This document shows, one piece after another, positions 45,664 through 54,388 of a stretch of DNA of 64,000 nucleotides. The notes beneath the pieces are model-generated. The model was not told the origin of the DNA. It searched no databases and saw only the letters and a program-made list of their open reading frames with translations. The stretch comes from Candidatus Doudnabacteria bacterium (GTDB taxonomy: Bacteria > Patescibacteriota > Doudnabacteria > UBA920 > O2-02-FULL-48-8). The translations under genes and the position numbers were made by a program. How positions within the stretch are numbered: position 1 is the first letter of the stretch; each line of letters begins with the position of its first letter. Location of the stretch: the NCBI GenBank assembly GCA_037200925.1, contig JBBCGO010000001.1:383698-447697 (forward strand), read 5' to 3'.

Positions 45664-48600
45664 TTAGTTAGCGGGTCCCCCTCCCGTACTAGGAAAACTG
45701 GGTACTTGTCCAGAATTGTTCATTTGAACAATGGGTCCTTGGGGGAGCAGCAGATCCAGGCTGTTGGCAGGGAGCACGTCTTTGAATTGATAGCCATAGG
45801 AGTAGAAGACTACTTCAGACGGAAAACCGTACCGAAGATCAGTGCCCAGAAGATATACGGTTCCCTGATTAAGAATCAAAGCTCCTACCGGGTGCCTGAT
45901 GTTGGAAGAAAGGATGGATTCCCCTTCAGGAATAGCACTCGTGTCTGCTCGTATGACATTGGATAGTTTGTATCCTAGGGCTGTGAATACGGCCATAGAG
46001 ACAAAAGGACGTTTAAAGCCCTGGGACATGACATAGATCACCCCATGGTCCAGCAGAAGAGAGCCGTCTGATGTTAGGGTATTGGAAGCCTGCTGATTCG
46101 TACCTGGTGGTACATATGGGGCACAACAGGTTGGGCCTCCTCCGCCAGAAGGTGGAGGTGGAGGCGGAGGGGGCGGAGTTGAACCACCGAAATTCCAGTT
46201 GATATTGCCTCCCCCATCAATACAATTGGTGCAGGTGACCACGGATGTAGCATGAGATGAGGATACGGAGAGATATGATAGTACGCTTGAACCTTGGGAG
46301 TCTAGGGTCCAGGCAGAGGAACCTGTGGTGAATTTCTGAATGCGGCCGTTCCGAGTATCTGCAACATAGATACTACCGGAAGAGTCTATAGCAATACCGG
46401 AAATAAAGCTAAACTCTACATCGCCAGGGCCCCCGCTTCCCCATTGGGTAATGAAATTGCCTGAAGGATCAAATTTCTGGACGCGATTATTGTCTGCATC
46501 CGTAACATAGATATTACCGGAAGAGTCTATTGCAATGCCTTGCGGATTAGCAAGTTGGCCGTCATCTGAACCATATATCCCGGCCTGACAAGGTGTCGTT
46601 AGTTCTGTGCAAATTTCAAATTGATTTGCTCCATCCTGCACTCCCCAGCCGAAAGTGGAGAGGAAATTGCCATCAGAATCGAATTTCTCGATGCGGTTAT
46701 TGTCTATATCTGTGACATAAATATTACCGGAAGAGTCTGTTGCAATGCCTTGAAATGACTCAGAAGGTATGCTAAATTGTCCTTCACCTGAGCCGGGACT
46801 TCCCCACTGGAGAAGCAAATTGCCGGAAGGATCAAATTTTTCGACGCGATTATTTAGGGAATCTGCAACATAGATATTATCAGAAGAGTCAATTGCGATT
46901 CCTTGAGGTGAGTTGAACTGCCCGTCTCCTGAGCCGGGACTTCCCCACGAGGTAATCGTGTAGGAATTGCCGTTCGGGTGAAATTTCTGGATGCGATTAT
47001 TGTCGGTTTCTACAACATAGAGATTGTTTGATGAATCAAAAGCAAGACCTGTTGGACCGCTAAATTCCCCGTTGCCGGAACCTGGAATCCCGACATGACA
47101 GTTTAGTGTACAAATTTGAAACATATTTGCTCCATCCTGCACTCCCCAGCCAAAAGTGAGAAGAAAATTGCCTCCCGAGTCAAATTTCTGGATGCGGTTA
47201 TTAAAACTATCAGTGATGTAGATGTTGCCCGAGGCATCGAATGCAACATCACTGGGATAACCCAATGCTTTCTCCGGCGCCTTATTTACAAATTTCGAAA
47301 TGAAATTACCCGAAAAATCAAATTTCTGGATACCATTCTTTCCGTCATCCGAGACGTAGACAAAAGATGAGTCAGATGAAATAGTTACAGGACCCTGAAA
47401 TGCGCCTTCCTCTCCCGAATCAAGTCCGGCCCGACAAGGTATTGTTAATTCTGTGCAAACTTCAAATTGATTTGCTCCATCCTGCACTCCCCAGCCGAAT
47501 GTGAGCAGAAAACCACCAGCAGGGTTGAATTTCTGAACGCGATCATTAAAATAATCTGTGACATAAATGTCATTTGAAGAATCGGCATTAATTCCAGTAG
47601 GTCCTCCAAACTCGCTATCACCTGAACCATTACTTCCCCACTTGCCAAGAAAATTGCCTGCGGAATCAAATTTCTGGATGCGGTGATTGAAGTAATCGGC
47701 GACATAAATATTATTTAAATGGTCAACCGCAATGCCTTGAGGAAAATTAAATTCGTTGTCGGCAGTACCAAAAGTACCCCACTCGCTTTGAAAATTACCA
47801 GATGAATCAAATTTCTGGATGCGATTATTGCCGGAATCGGCGACATAGACATTACCGGAAGAGTCGGTTGCAATGCCTTGATATGTCTGATCAGGCATTT
47901 CAAACTGTCCGGGGCCGGAACCCTCGCTTCCCCACTGGGTAATATAATTGCCTGCCGAGTCAAATTTCTGGATGCGATTATTGCCGGAGTCGGCGACATA
48001 AATATTATTTAAATAGTCAACGGCAATGCCTTGAGGAAAATTAAATTCGCCGTCGCCTGAACCAAGCAACCCGGCATAACAACCGGTTAAAGTAGTGCAT
48101 GTTTGCAATTCAGGCGTCGTCCCATCTTGCACTCCCCAGCCGAATGCAAACAGAAAATTGTGGTTCGGATCAAATTTTTCAATGCGGTTATTCCAGCGAT
48201 CTAAGACGTACATATTATCGGAAGAGTCATTCGCAATAATTACGGGTGAATTGAGATTTCCTCCAAGTGAGAATACGTCTCTCCCGATATTTGAATCAAA
48301 GACAGGTTGACCCGCGCCTGGCGAATTGTTCACAGTCAGCAGTCCCGTAGAAACACCGGTAAGAGTAAGTGTGCCTGTGAGAGTGGTCGTATTGGCCGGG
48401 TCAAAGGAGAGAGTATCTGCAGTATTTGTGATTTTGGTTAAGTTATGGAAAGTATTAGGTCCAAGTATGGTTTGATTTGTGCCGTTGAGAACAACGGTAG
48501 AAGTTTGGGCGTTTAAAATGCCGTTATTGTTAAAGTTCCCTGAAACGAAGAAGGTGTTTGCTCCCAGATCTAAAGTGCCGCTGCCGGATATAGTGATATC

Positions 48601-51459
48601 ATGGACGGATTGATCTTGGGTCTGTGCTACTTCGTTTTCAATCGTTGCATCATCAATTGAGTTCGGATAATCAACACCGGCAGCTCCTGGTGATAGAAAA
48701 CCCCAGGTCGCTCCGTCATTCCAGTTGCCGTCTTGTACTGAGGTAAAAGATGCAGAGACATTTGGAATGAAAGTTGAACATACTGTAGTGACACCCGTCA
48801 CAACACCATATCCGGGAAAATTACTTGCACCTGGTGCGAAACAGGCATTACCATTGACGGTGCCGTAGTTGATGCTTGTACCCTTAAAGCTGGCATTACC
48901 GACGACAGAAGGATCCATAGTATAAAAATTTCCACTTGCATCATTGAAGGTGGGATTGCCGGTAACACTGCCTAAATTTTCACTTAAACCATTGAAAACG
49001 GGGTTGCCGTTGATAAATCCGTCGTTAGTGCTTGAATCATTGAAAATGGTATCGCCATTGATGGTGCCAAGGCTGAAGGCTGAATCATTGAAAGTAACAT
49101 CACCGGTGATAGTGGTACTATCATTGCGGCTTGTATCATTGAAGATAAACTGAGTGATCAGATTACCGCTCACATCTTGGGCTCTGCCGTTGACTCTTCC
49201 CCAAGTTTGACTGCCCGAAAGAGTGATTGCCCCGCCTGAAGCAGAAGTGAAAGTGGCATCTCCGGATACTAAACTCGGATTGTAACTGGAATCATTGAAC
49301 ACGGCATTCCCCGTAACAGTGCCGCTGTTGGTGCTTGAACCATTGAAAATGGTGTCGCCGGTAACAGTGCCTTGATTGTAGCTTGAATCATAGAAAATAG
49401 GATTGTTGGAGATAGTCGCAAAGTTCGCACTTTGATCCCTGAAGATAAACTGAGTGATCAGATTACCGCTCACATCTAGAGCCCTGCCATTAACTATTCC
49501 CCAAACTTGTTGACCGGTGAGAGTAACCAGACCGCCTGAAGCATAGGTGAACGTAGCATCGCCGGTCACGGTGCCTGCATTAGAGCTTGTATCATTGAAA
49601 ATAGGATTGCCGATTATATCAGTGTTGTTGGCGCTTGTATCATTAAAAACAGGATTGCCGGTAATAGTGCCGCTGTTTTGGCTTGTATCATTAAAAACAG
49701 GATTGCCGGAGATATCGGCGGAGTTGACGCTCGTATCGTTGAAAGTGGCAACGCCGGTGACAGTGCCGTTGTTGGAGCTGTTGTTGTTGAAAGTGGCATC
49801 GCCGGTGACAGTGCCGTTGTTCGTAAAGTCCCCTGATGACGAAAGAGTGTGTGCTGCGAGATTTAAAGTGCTGCCGGCAGAGACAGTGATGTCTTGGATG
49901 GATTGGTCTTGTGTCAGCGTCACTGTGTTTTCGACGGTCGCATTATCTGTGGGACCTGGAAAATCAGCACCGGCAACTCCGGGAGAGGTATTGCCCCAGG
50001 TCGCTCCGTCATTCCAATTGCCGTCTTGCACGGAAGTAAAAGATGTGGCAACTGGACTTATGATTTTCTGAATTGCTGCAGCAACATAACCGGCTAAAAT
50101 TCCGTATCCGGCATCGGTTGGATGAATGCCATCGTGATAATACGTTGTATCTGAATCTTCCCCGGGCTGACCCATCACGCTGCTCGATGCAATATCTGAA
50201 AGGCCGTCTGCAAAGCTCGGCCAATTAGCCCGAAGCAAGCTGTTAACAGTTTGTCTGTCTGCTTCGAACGTAGGGAGCGTAGGTTCGGTCCTGGGGAGTA
50301 TTGTATTTACAATTACTTTAAAACCGACCGCTCTCCTGGCCTGCGCGTACGAAACAATACGATTGTACGTTGTGATTGCATCTGCTCCAAAATGCAAATC
50401 ATTAGTCCCGCCCATCAGAGTCACAATATTAGTTGTATCCGCACCCAGAAATTCAGGATCAATTTGAGCAGGCGCATCGTTGATCATATCAAGTAGCGTT
50501 CGCGAAGATCCGCCCATATTTTGATAAGTTGGCCCAGGACCAAGAATGGCTTGCACCTGACTTGGATAATCTTGTCCCGTACTTGCCAGGTAACCCTGAG
50601 TTATGGAATCGCCGTCGAAAATAAGAAGAGGATTTGAGGGTATTGAAGCTATTCCATATTTGGCCATCAGGTAAGATTCAATTTGTCCGATCTGTACCCT
50701 AGATAGCGCACTGTTGTAAATAATAATTTCAGCTATATCGCCATGTAAATTATAACCGCCGCCGGAAATGGAACCGATCGTTAAGGCACCGCTCAAGCCT
50801 AAATTACCTGATGCCACACCGGGTTTTTCAGAACCGTTAAAGCGCAGCCGGGCATGCGTGCCATCATACGAGAAAGTTTCAATTGTGGGATCCGATATCA
50901 GGGCAGATCCCGGTGATGGCATGGCGACTTGTGTACGCGGCGCTGTAAGATTACCCGTCTGTGCCAAAATGGCGTTAGCACTATTACTGATACCGCCGCT
51001 GAACCAGGCAGCTCCCTGATTACTTGTGGTAAGCTCTAAATCTTCATCTGTTTTGGTCTGTACGATAAAAAACGTAAAACTCGTATCGAATGAAGAATCA
51101 AGAAATGAAGACGTATCCATATTTTGCGCCCCATTGAATCTAAGAACCGGATGACTATTTATAATATTAGTTTTATACGTGGGTCTGCTGCCTGCCGTTA
51201 ACTGTGTTGCGTTGTTTGCTCCTAAAGAACGGTCATTCCATTGTTGGACAGTGTCCCCATCAATTGCAGGGGTCGTGCCGTCTTTGGTAACTCCATTGGA
51301 TGCATCCATCCAAAGTTTAAGCCCGGAGATCTGATCAGGGGTAACCGCAAGAGCTTTATGCGGAGCCAGAATGGCCAAAGCAAAGAAAACCGCCAGCAAA
51401 AAAGGCATTGCTGGAAGAAATTTCAATGCTATTGAAATTAACTTATTATTTCCGGTCAA
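45664..51459 (-). CDS. Giant secreted multidomain protein: LamG-like, SGNH/GDSL hydrolase, Asn-rich beta-helix-like repeats, NHL-repeat propellers, then the same poly-Pro and C-terminal domain
   Basis: 1931 aa. GDSITQG...GGTNDL...DGIHPT (SGNH blocks I/III/V). About 11-aa periodic GNPVFNDTS.N.GT.TG repeats. More than 30 NHL blades. The last roughly 215 aa are about 98% identical at the nucleotide level to 39675..40330. Confidence 0.85.
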   Translation of the reverse strand: MTGNNKLISIALKFLPAMPFLLAVFFALAILAPHKALAVTPDQISGLKLWMDASNGVTKDGTTPAIDGDTVQQWNDRSLGANNATQLTAGSRPTYKTNIINSHPVLRFNGAQNMDTSSFLDSSFDTSFTFFIVQTKTDEDLELTTSNQGAAWFSGGISNSANAILAQTGNLTAPRTQVAMPSPGSALISDPTIETFSYDGTHARLRFNGSEKPGVASGNLGLSGALTIGSISGGGYNLHGDIAEIIIYNSALSRVQIGQIESYLMAKYGIASIPSNPLLIFDGDSITQGYLASTGQDYPSQVQAILGPGPTYQNMGGSSRTLLDMINDAPAQIDPEFLGADTTNIVTLMGGTNDLHFGADAITTYNRIVSYAQARRAVGFKVIVNTILPRTEPTLPTFEADRQTVNSLLRANWPSFADGLSDIASSSVMGQPGEDSDTTYYHDGIHPTDAGYGILAGYVAAAIQKIISPVATSFTSVQDGNWNDGATWGNTSPGVAGADFPGPTDNATVENTVTLTQDQSIQDITVSAGSTLNLAAHTLSSSGDFTNNGTVTGDATFNNNSSNNGTVTGVATFNDTSVNSADISGNPVFNDTSQNSGTITGNPVFNDTSANNTDIIGNPIFNDTSSNAGTVTGDATFTYASGGLVTLTGQQVWGIVNGRALDVSGNLITQFIFRDQSANFATISNNPIFYDSSYNQGTVTGDTIFNGSSTNSGTVTGNAVFNDSSYNPSLVSGDATFTSASGGAITLSGSQTWGRVNGRAQDVSGNLITQFIFNDTSRNDSTTITGDVTFNDSAFSLGTINGDTIFNDSSTNDGFINGNPVFNGLSENLGSVTGNPTFNDASGNFYTMDPSVVGNASFKGTSINYGTVNGNACFAPGASNFPGYGVVTGVTTVCSTFIPNVSASFTSVQDGNWNDGATWGFLSPGAAGVDYPNSIDDATIENEVAQTQDQSVHDITISGSGTLDLGANTFFVSGNFNNNGILNAQTSTVVLNGTNQTILGPNTFHNLTKITNTADTLSFDPANTTTLTGTLTLTGVSTGLLTVNNSPGAGQPVFDSNIGRDVFSLGGNLNSPVIIANDSSDNMYVLDRWNNRIEKFDPNHNFLFAFGWGVQDGTTPELQTCTTLTGCYAGLLGSGDGEFNFPQGIAVDYLNNIYVADSGNNRIQKFDSAGNYITQWGSEGSGPGQFEMPDQTYQGIATDSSGNVYVADSGNNRIQKFDSSGNFQSEWGTFGTADNEFNFPQGIAVDHLNNIYVADYFNHRIQKFDSAGNFLGKWGSNGSGDSEFGGPTGINADSSNDIYVTDYFNDRVQKFNPAGGFLLTFGWGVQDGANQFEVCTELTIPCRAGLDSGEEGAFQGPVTISSDSSFVYVSDDGKNGIQKFDFSGNFISKFVNKAPEKALGYPSDVAFDASGNIYITDSFNNRIQKFDSGGNFLLTFGWGVQDGANMFQICTLNCHVGIPGSGNGEFSGPTGLAFDSSNNLYVVETDNNRIQKFHPNGNSYTITSWGSPGSGDGQFNSPQGIAIDSSDNIYVADSLNNRVEKFDPSGNLLLQWGSPGSGEGQFSIPSESFQGIATDSSGNIYVTDIDNNRIEKFDSDGNFLSTFGWGVQDGANQFEICTELTTPCQAGIYGSDDGQLANPQGIAIDSSGNIYVTDADNNRVQKFDPSGNFITQWGSGGPGDVEFSFISGIAIDSSGSIYVADTRNGRIQKFTTGSSAWTLDSQGSSVLSYLSVSSSHATSVVTCTNCIDGGGNINWNFGGSTPPPPPPPPPSGGGGPTCCAPYVPPGTNQQASNTLTSDGSLLLDHGVIYVMSQGFKRPFVSMAVFTALGYKLSNVIRADTSAIPEGESILSSNIRHPVGALILNQGTVYLLGTDLRYGFPSEVVFYSYGYQFKDVLPANSLDLLLPQGPIVQMNNSGQVPSFPSTGGGPAN

Positions 51460-51501
51460 TTGTGTTTTTGTTTCAAGCCCAACTAATCACTTATTAATAT
51501 A

Positions 51502-51530
51502 ATTATAGCACATGGAAGAAAAAAAAGCAA
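51502..51530 (-). promoter_or_regulatory. Promoter TTGCTT-17-TGCTATAAT (minus strand) upstream of the giant-gene pair
   Basis: Minus: tcttgcttttttttcttccatgtgctataattat. Paralogous to the element at 35904-35932. Only 37 bp separate the two giant genes, so they are probably co-transcribed from here. Confidence 0.5.
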
Positions 51531-51555
51531 GAGGACGCCTTATTATCTTGGGAAA

Positions 51556-51585
51556 CAAAAAAACCAGCATTGCTGGCGTTTTTTG
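51556..51585. terminator. Bidirectional hairpin terminator
   Basis: aaaaaaaccagcattgctggcgtttttt. Confidence 0.6.
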
Positions 51586-51598
51586 CAGGAGCTAAGGG

Positions 51599-51928
51599 TT
51601 AATCCTCTTTTCTTAAACTCCGGATATAATTTTCAATTTCATTATCTTCGGTATCAAACTTCGATCCTTGAATCCTGCTTCCTATCAGCAAGTGATACAA
51701 CTGATAATCTTTGGCATCGGAGTGTTCTTTAACAAACTCCTGAGCAAATTTCTTTTTATTCAGATTTAATTGATCAAAATCAGAACGATCAGAAGCAGCA
51801 TTGGAATCGACCTCAGAAGCGGCCTTTGACAATATCGCCGCAAGCTCGTCGATCCGGGCTTGGTTTTCCGGACTTATGTCTTTTCTTTCCGGACTGTCTT
51901 CATGCTCAAAATCTCTTCGCTCTGGCAT
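51599..51928 (-). CDS. Acidic hypothetical protein
   Basis: 110 aa from MPERRDFEHEDS.... The track ORF 51599..52057 is over-extended upstream, into the next gene in another frame. Confidence 0.4.
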   Translation of the reverse strand: MPERRDFEHEDSPERKDISPENQARIDELAAILSKAASEVDSNAASDRSDFDQLNLNKKKFAQEFVKEHSDAKDYQLYHLLIGSRIQGSKFDTEDNEIENYIRSLRKED

Positions 51929-51945
51929 AAAATTTATAGTTGAGT

Positions 51946-52092
51946 TTAAGATGCTTTTTTCCCTCTGAGGAAATGCGCTATCAAAAATATAACTGCAATG
52001 ACGAGTATGATGTGTATGAACCCGCCCAGCAAATGCAAAAACAAACCCGCAACCCAAAGAACAATAAGTATTCCCGCTATTGTTAGAAGCAT
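51946..52092 (-). CDS. lmo0937-family small membrane protein (48 aa; below the ORF-track size cutoff)
   Basis: Minus translation MLLTIAGILIVLWVAGLFLHLLGGFIHIILVIAVIFLIAHFLRGKKAS matches the widespread about-47-aa two-helix family consensus (M.WTI.GIL.VLW..G....GG.IH.LLVIA.I.LI..L.RGRR). Confidence 0.6.
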   Translation of the reverse strand: MLLTIAGILIVLWVAGLFLHLLGGFIHIILVIAVIFLIAHFLRGKKAS

Positions 52093-52173
52093 AGATTCTT
52101 TTTAATTATGAAAACTTATTAATATTGTATACTAAACAAATCAAAATAACTATCCCGGCCGAATATTATAAAA

Positions 52174-53829
52174 TTAGCCTAGCGAATGTAATTGCTTGAA
52201 ATGTTCGTGGTGAAGTTTTAGCACTGACTCTGCGGTTACTTTCGGTGCCGACGGCAATTTGATTGAGACCAACAGCGCCAACAGGATAAATAATGTTCCA
52301 AACCCGAGTGCTGACCTGGTCGCGTCTACTGTTGCCTGGTGGCTGATCGAAATTATTTCGCCTCCGATCGATTGCGGGATCGCGCCGCCCAAATTCGCTC
52401 CGCTGCCAAACTCAATGTTTGAAGACTGTGCAGTCACCGCCTGCGCAACTGTTGGTTTTATATCCTGCGGTATGACCAAGCTTTTATTGACGCCGCTGAT
52501 CAGATTGGCTGATAAAGCCGAGATCAGGATCGCGCCAAGGATCGCCGAACCAAGCGTTTGGCCCAAGGACCGGATGGTGCTGTTCACTCCCGAAGCTTCG
52601 CCTGACTGCTCCACGGAAACCGCGGACAAAGTCAGGTTGCTGGCTTGGCCGAATATCAAACCCACACCAAGTCCGAACAAAGCAAATCCCGGAGCCATGG
52701 CCCAGGCGCTGGCGCCGACATGCAGGCTTTGGCGCAGAATAAAAAACGCGATCGCATCAAGGATAATGCCGAATTGGATTATCCTTTTGGGCGTTGTGAA
52801 TTTGCTGATCCAAGTGGAAAGCGGGGCGCCGACCAAAATTACGATCGTCATCGGTATCATGGCAATACCCGTCTGGATCGGATTGAAGCTTAAGACAGAC
52901 TGCAGATAGACCGGGACCGAAAAACTTAAGCCCGCCTGCCCCAGAGCCAGAATGCCCGAAACCACCGAACCCGTGATAAATGTGGAGTTTTTGAATAAAT
53001 TCAAAGAAACAAGGGGTGTGCGCCCGGACAACTCGCGGATATTTTCCCACCAGGCAAACACTCCCAAAATAATTATGCCGATCAGCATGAACAAAGGAGC
53101 GGCGGAGATCCCGCCCAAGTTTACGGTATGGTTAAAAATAACCAAAGGTGATACGGCGTGCAACCAGCCGTAAGTGGACGTCTGGATGAACCCGAACACC
53201 AAGGACAGCATTCCGAGAGCCGAAAGCAGGACGCCGACAATATCAATGCTCGGCGCTTCTTCAGTCTCGCGGTATTCTTTGATCAATACCGAGGACAGCA
53301 CCAGGATCGCCGCCACAACTACATTTATCCGGAATGCCCAGCGCCAGCTGTAGTTCGTGGTAAACCATCCGCCGATGACCGGCCCTAGAGCTGCCGCTCC
53401 GCCGATGATCCCGCCCCAGATCCCAAAAGCTATCTGCAGATCGCGGTCTTTGTAAGTCGATCTAAGCAGCGAGGCTGTGGCCGGCAGCATCAGGGCCGCG
53501 CCAATGCCTTCAACGATTGCCTCGCCCAGGATCATGAAGCCCACTGTATGTGCGATGGAAGTCATAAACGAGCCGACGGCAAAGATGATCGCGCCGATAA
53601 CGAACATTTTTTTCCGGCCGAACAGATCACCCAACCTTCCGCCGGTGATGGTGAAAGCGGACAGCATCAGTGCATACGCCGTGATGACCCACTGGATCTT
53701 TTGGATCGTGGTATGCAGATCGCCGATTATTGTGCGCAAAGTGACGTTCAGGATCGTGGTGTCCAGAATGATGATCGTCAGAGCCAAGCTCATGACCAAA
53801 AGCGGCACCCATTTGAGGAATTTATTCAT
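52174..53829 (-). CDS. MFS transporter, DHA2 (14-TMS drug:H+ antiporter, EmrB/QacA-like)
   Basis: 551 aa. N-terminal LDTTILNVTL...GRLGDLFGRKKMF signature. Confidence 0.85.
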   Translation of the reverse strand: MNKFLKWVPLLVMSLALTIIILDTTILNVTLRTIIGDLHTTIQKIQWVITAYALMLSAFTITGGRLGDLFGRKKMFVIGAIIFAVGSFMTSIAHTVGFMILGEAIVEGIGAALMLPATASLLRSTYKDRDLQIAFGIWGGIIGGAAALGPVIGGWFTTNYSWRWAFRINVVVAAILVLSSVLIKEYRETEEAPSIDIVGVLLSALGMLSLVFGFIQTSTYGWLHAVSPLVIFNHTVNLGGISAAPLFMLIGIIILGVFAWWENIRELSGRTPLVSLNLFKNSTFITGSVVSGILALGQAGLSFSVPVYLQSVLSFNPIQTGIAMIPMTIVILVGAPLSTWISKFTTPKRIIQFGIILDAIAFFILRQSLHVGASAWAMAPGFALFGLGVGLIFGQASNLTLSAVSVEQSGEASGVNSTIRSLGQTLGSAILGAILISALSANLISGVNKSLVIPQDIKPTVAQAVTAQSSNIEFGSGANLGGAIPQSIGGEIISISHQATVDATRSALGFGTLFILLALLVSIKLPSAPKVTAESVLKLHHEHFKQLHSLG

Positions 53830-53832
53830 AGA

Positions 53833-54261
53833 TTATTTAGTGAGGTTATCGGTTAATTCTTTCAGCAAAAACAGCAGTTGTCCCTGTTTTTCCTTTGACA
53901 GTTTTTTAAATGCCTGGTTTAAAAGATCAGTAGGATGGTCTTTGATAATATGTTTGAGCAGTGCTTTGCCTTTTACGGTCAAACTCAGCTGGATCTTCCG
54001 CCTGTCCTGCTTGTCCGCATGGCGCGATATCATTCCTTTTTTCTGCAATTCATCAATATAAGGAACCAAGGAAGGCGATCTTATTCCGAGCTTCTTTGCG
54101 ATATCAGCCAGGGTTATGGGACTGTATTTAAGAATCGAAAGCACTCCATACTGAAAAGGCGTGATGGAAATGCCCGCCTCAGTAAACTGGCGCTCGATAT
54201 CGGCTTTGGCCTGTTTTACCAGGCTAAACAGCAATAATTTTAATGATTTGGATTCAGCCAT
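53833..54261 (-). CDS. MarR-family transcriptional regulator
   Basis: 142 aa winged HTH (ITLADIAKKLGIRSPSLVPYIDELQKKGMISRHADKQDRRKIQLSLT). Adjacent to and co-oriented with the MFS gene. Confidence 0.85.
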   Translation of the reverse strand: MAESKSLKLLLFSLVKQAKADIERQFTEAGISITPFQYGVLSILKYSPITLADIAKKLGIRSPSLVPYIDELQKKGMISRHADKQDRRKIQLSLTVKGKALLKHIIKDHPTDLLNQAFKKLSKEKQGQLLFLLKELTDNLTK

Positions 54262-54388
54262 AATATTCGCTAAATTGATTAGCTACCTAATTATAAGCCA
54301 CCTAACGAATTCTGTCAAGGGGCAAACAAAAAACAGCCCGATCGACGGACTCTTAAGCATTTACATCAACATTTTGGGCAGATGCGAA

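Noticed and set aside
40085-50500. Numerous 60-190-aa track ORFs on both strands inside the giant genes (e.g. 40614..41180, 43335..43661, 49547..50071, 50251..50496)
   Set aside because: They are antisense or out-of-frame shadows of highly repetitive coding sequence. The repeats generate long open frames by chance, and none has start context or motifs.
39675-51459. Diversity-generating retroelement (template/variable repeat) hypothesis for the near-identical segments of the giant genes
   Set aside because: The few differences between the copies are mixed substitutions (G/A, A/G, A/T) rather than adenine-specific. No reverse transcriptase ORF exists in the window. The identity covers whole terminal domains rather than a short VR.
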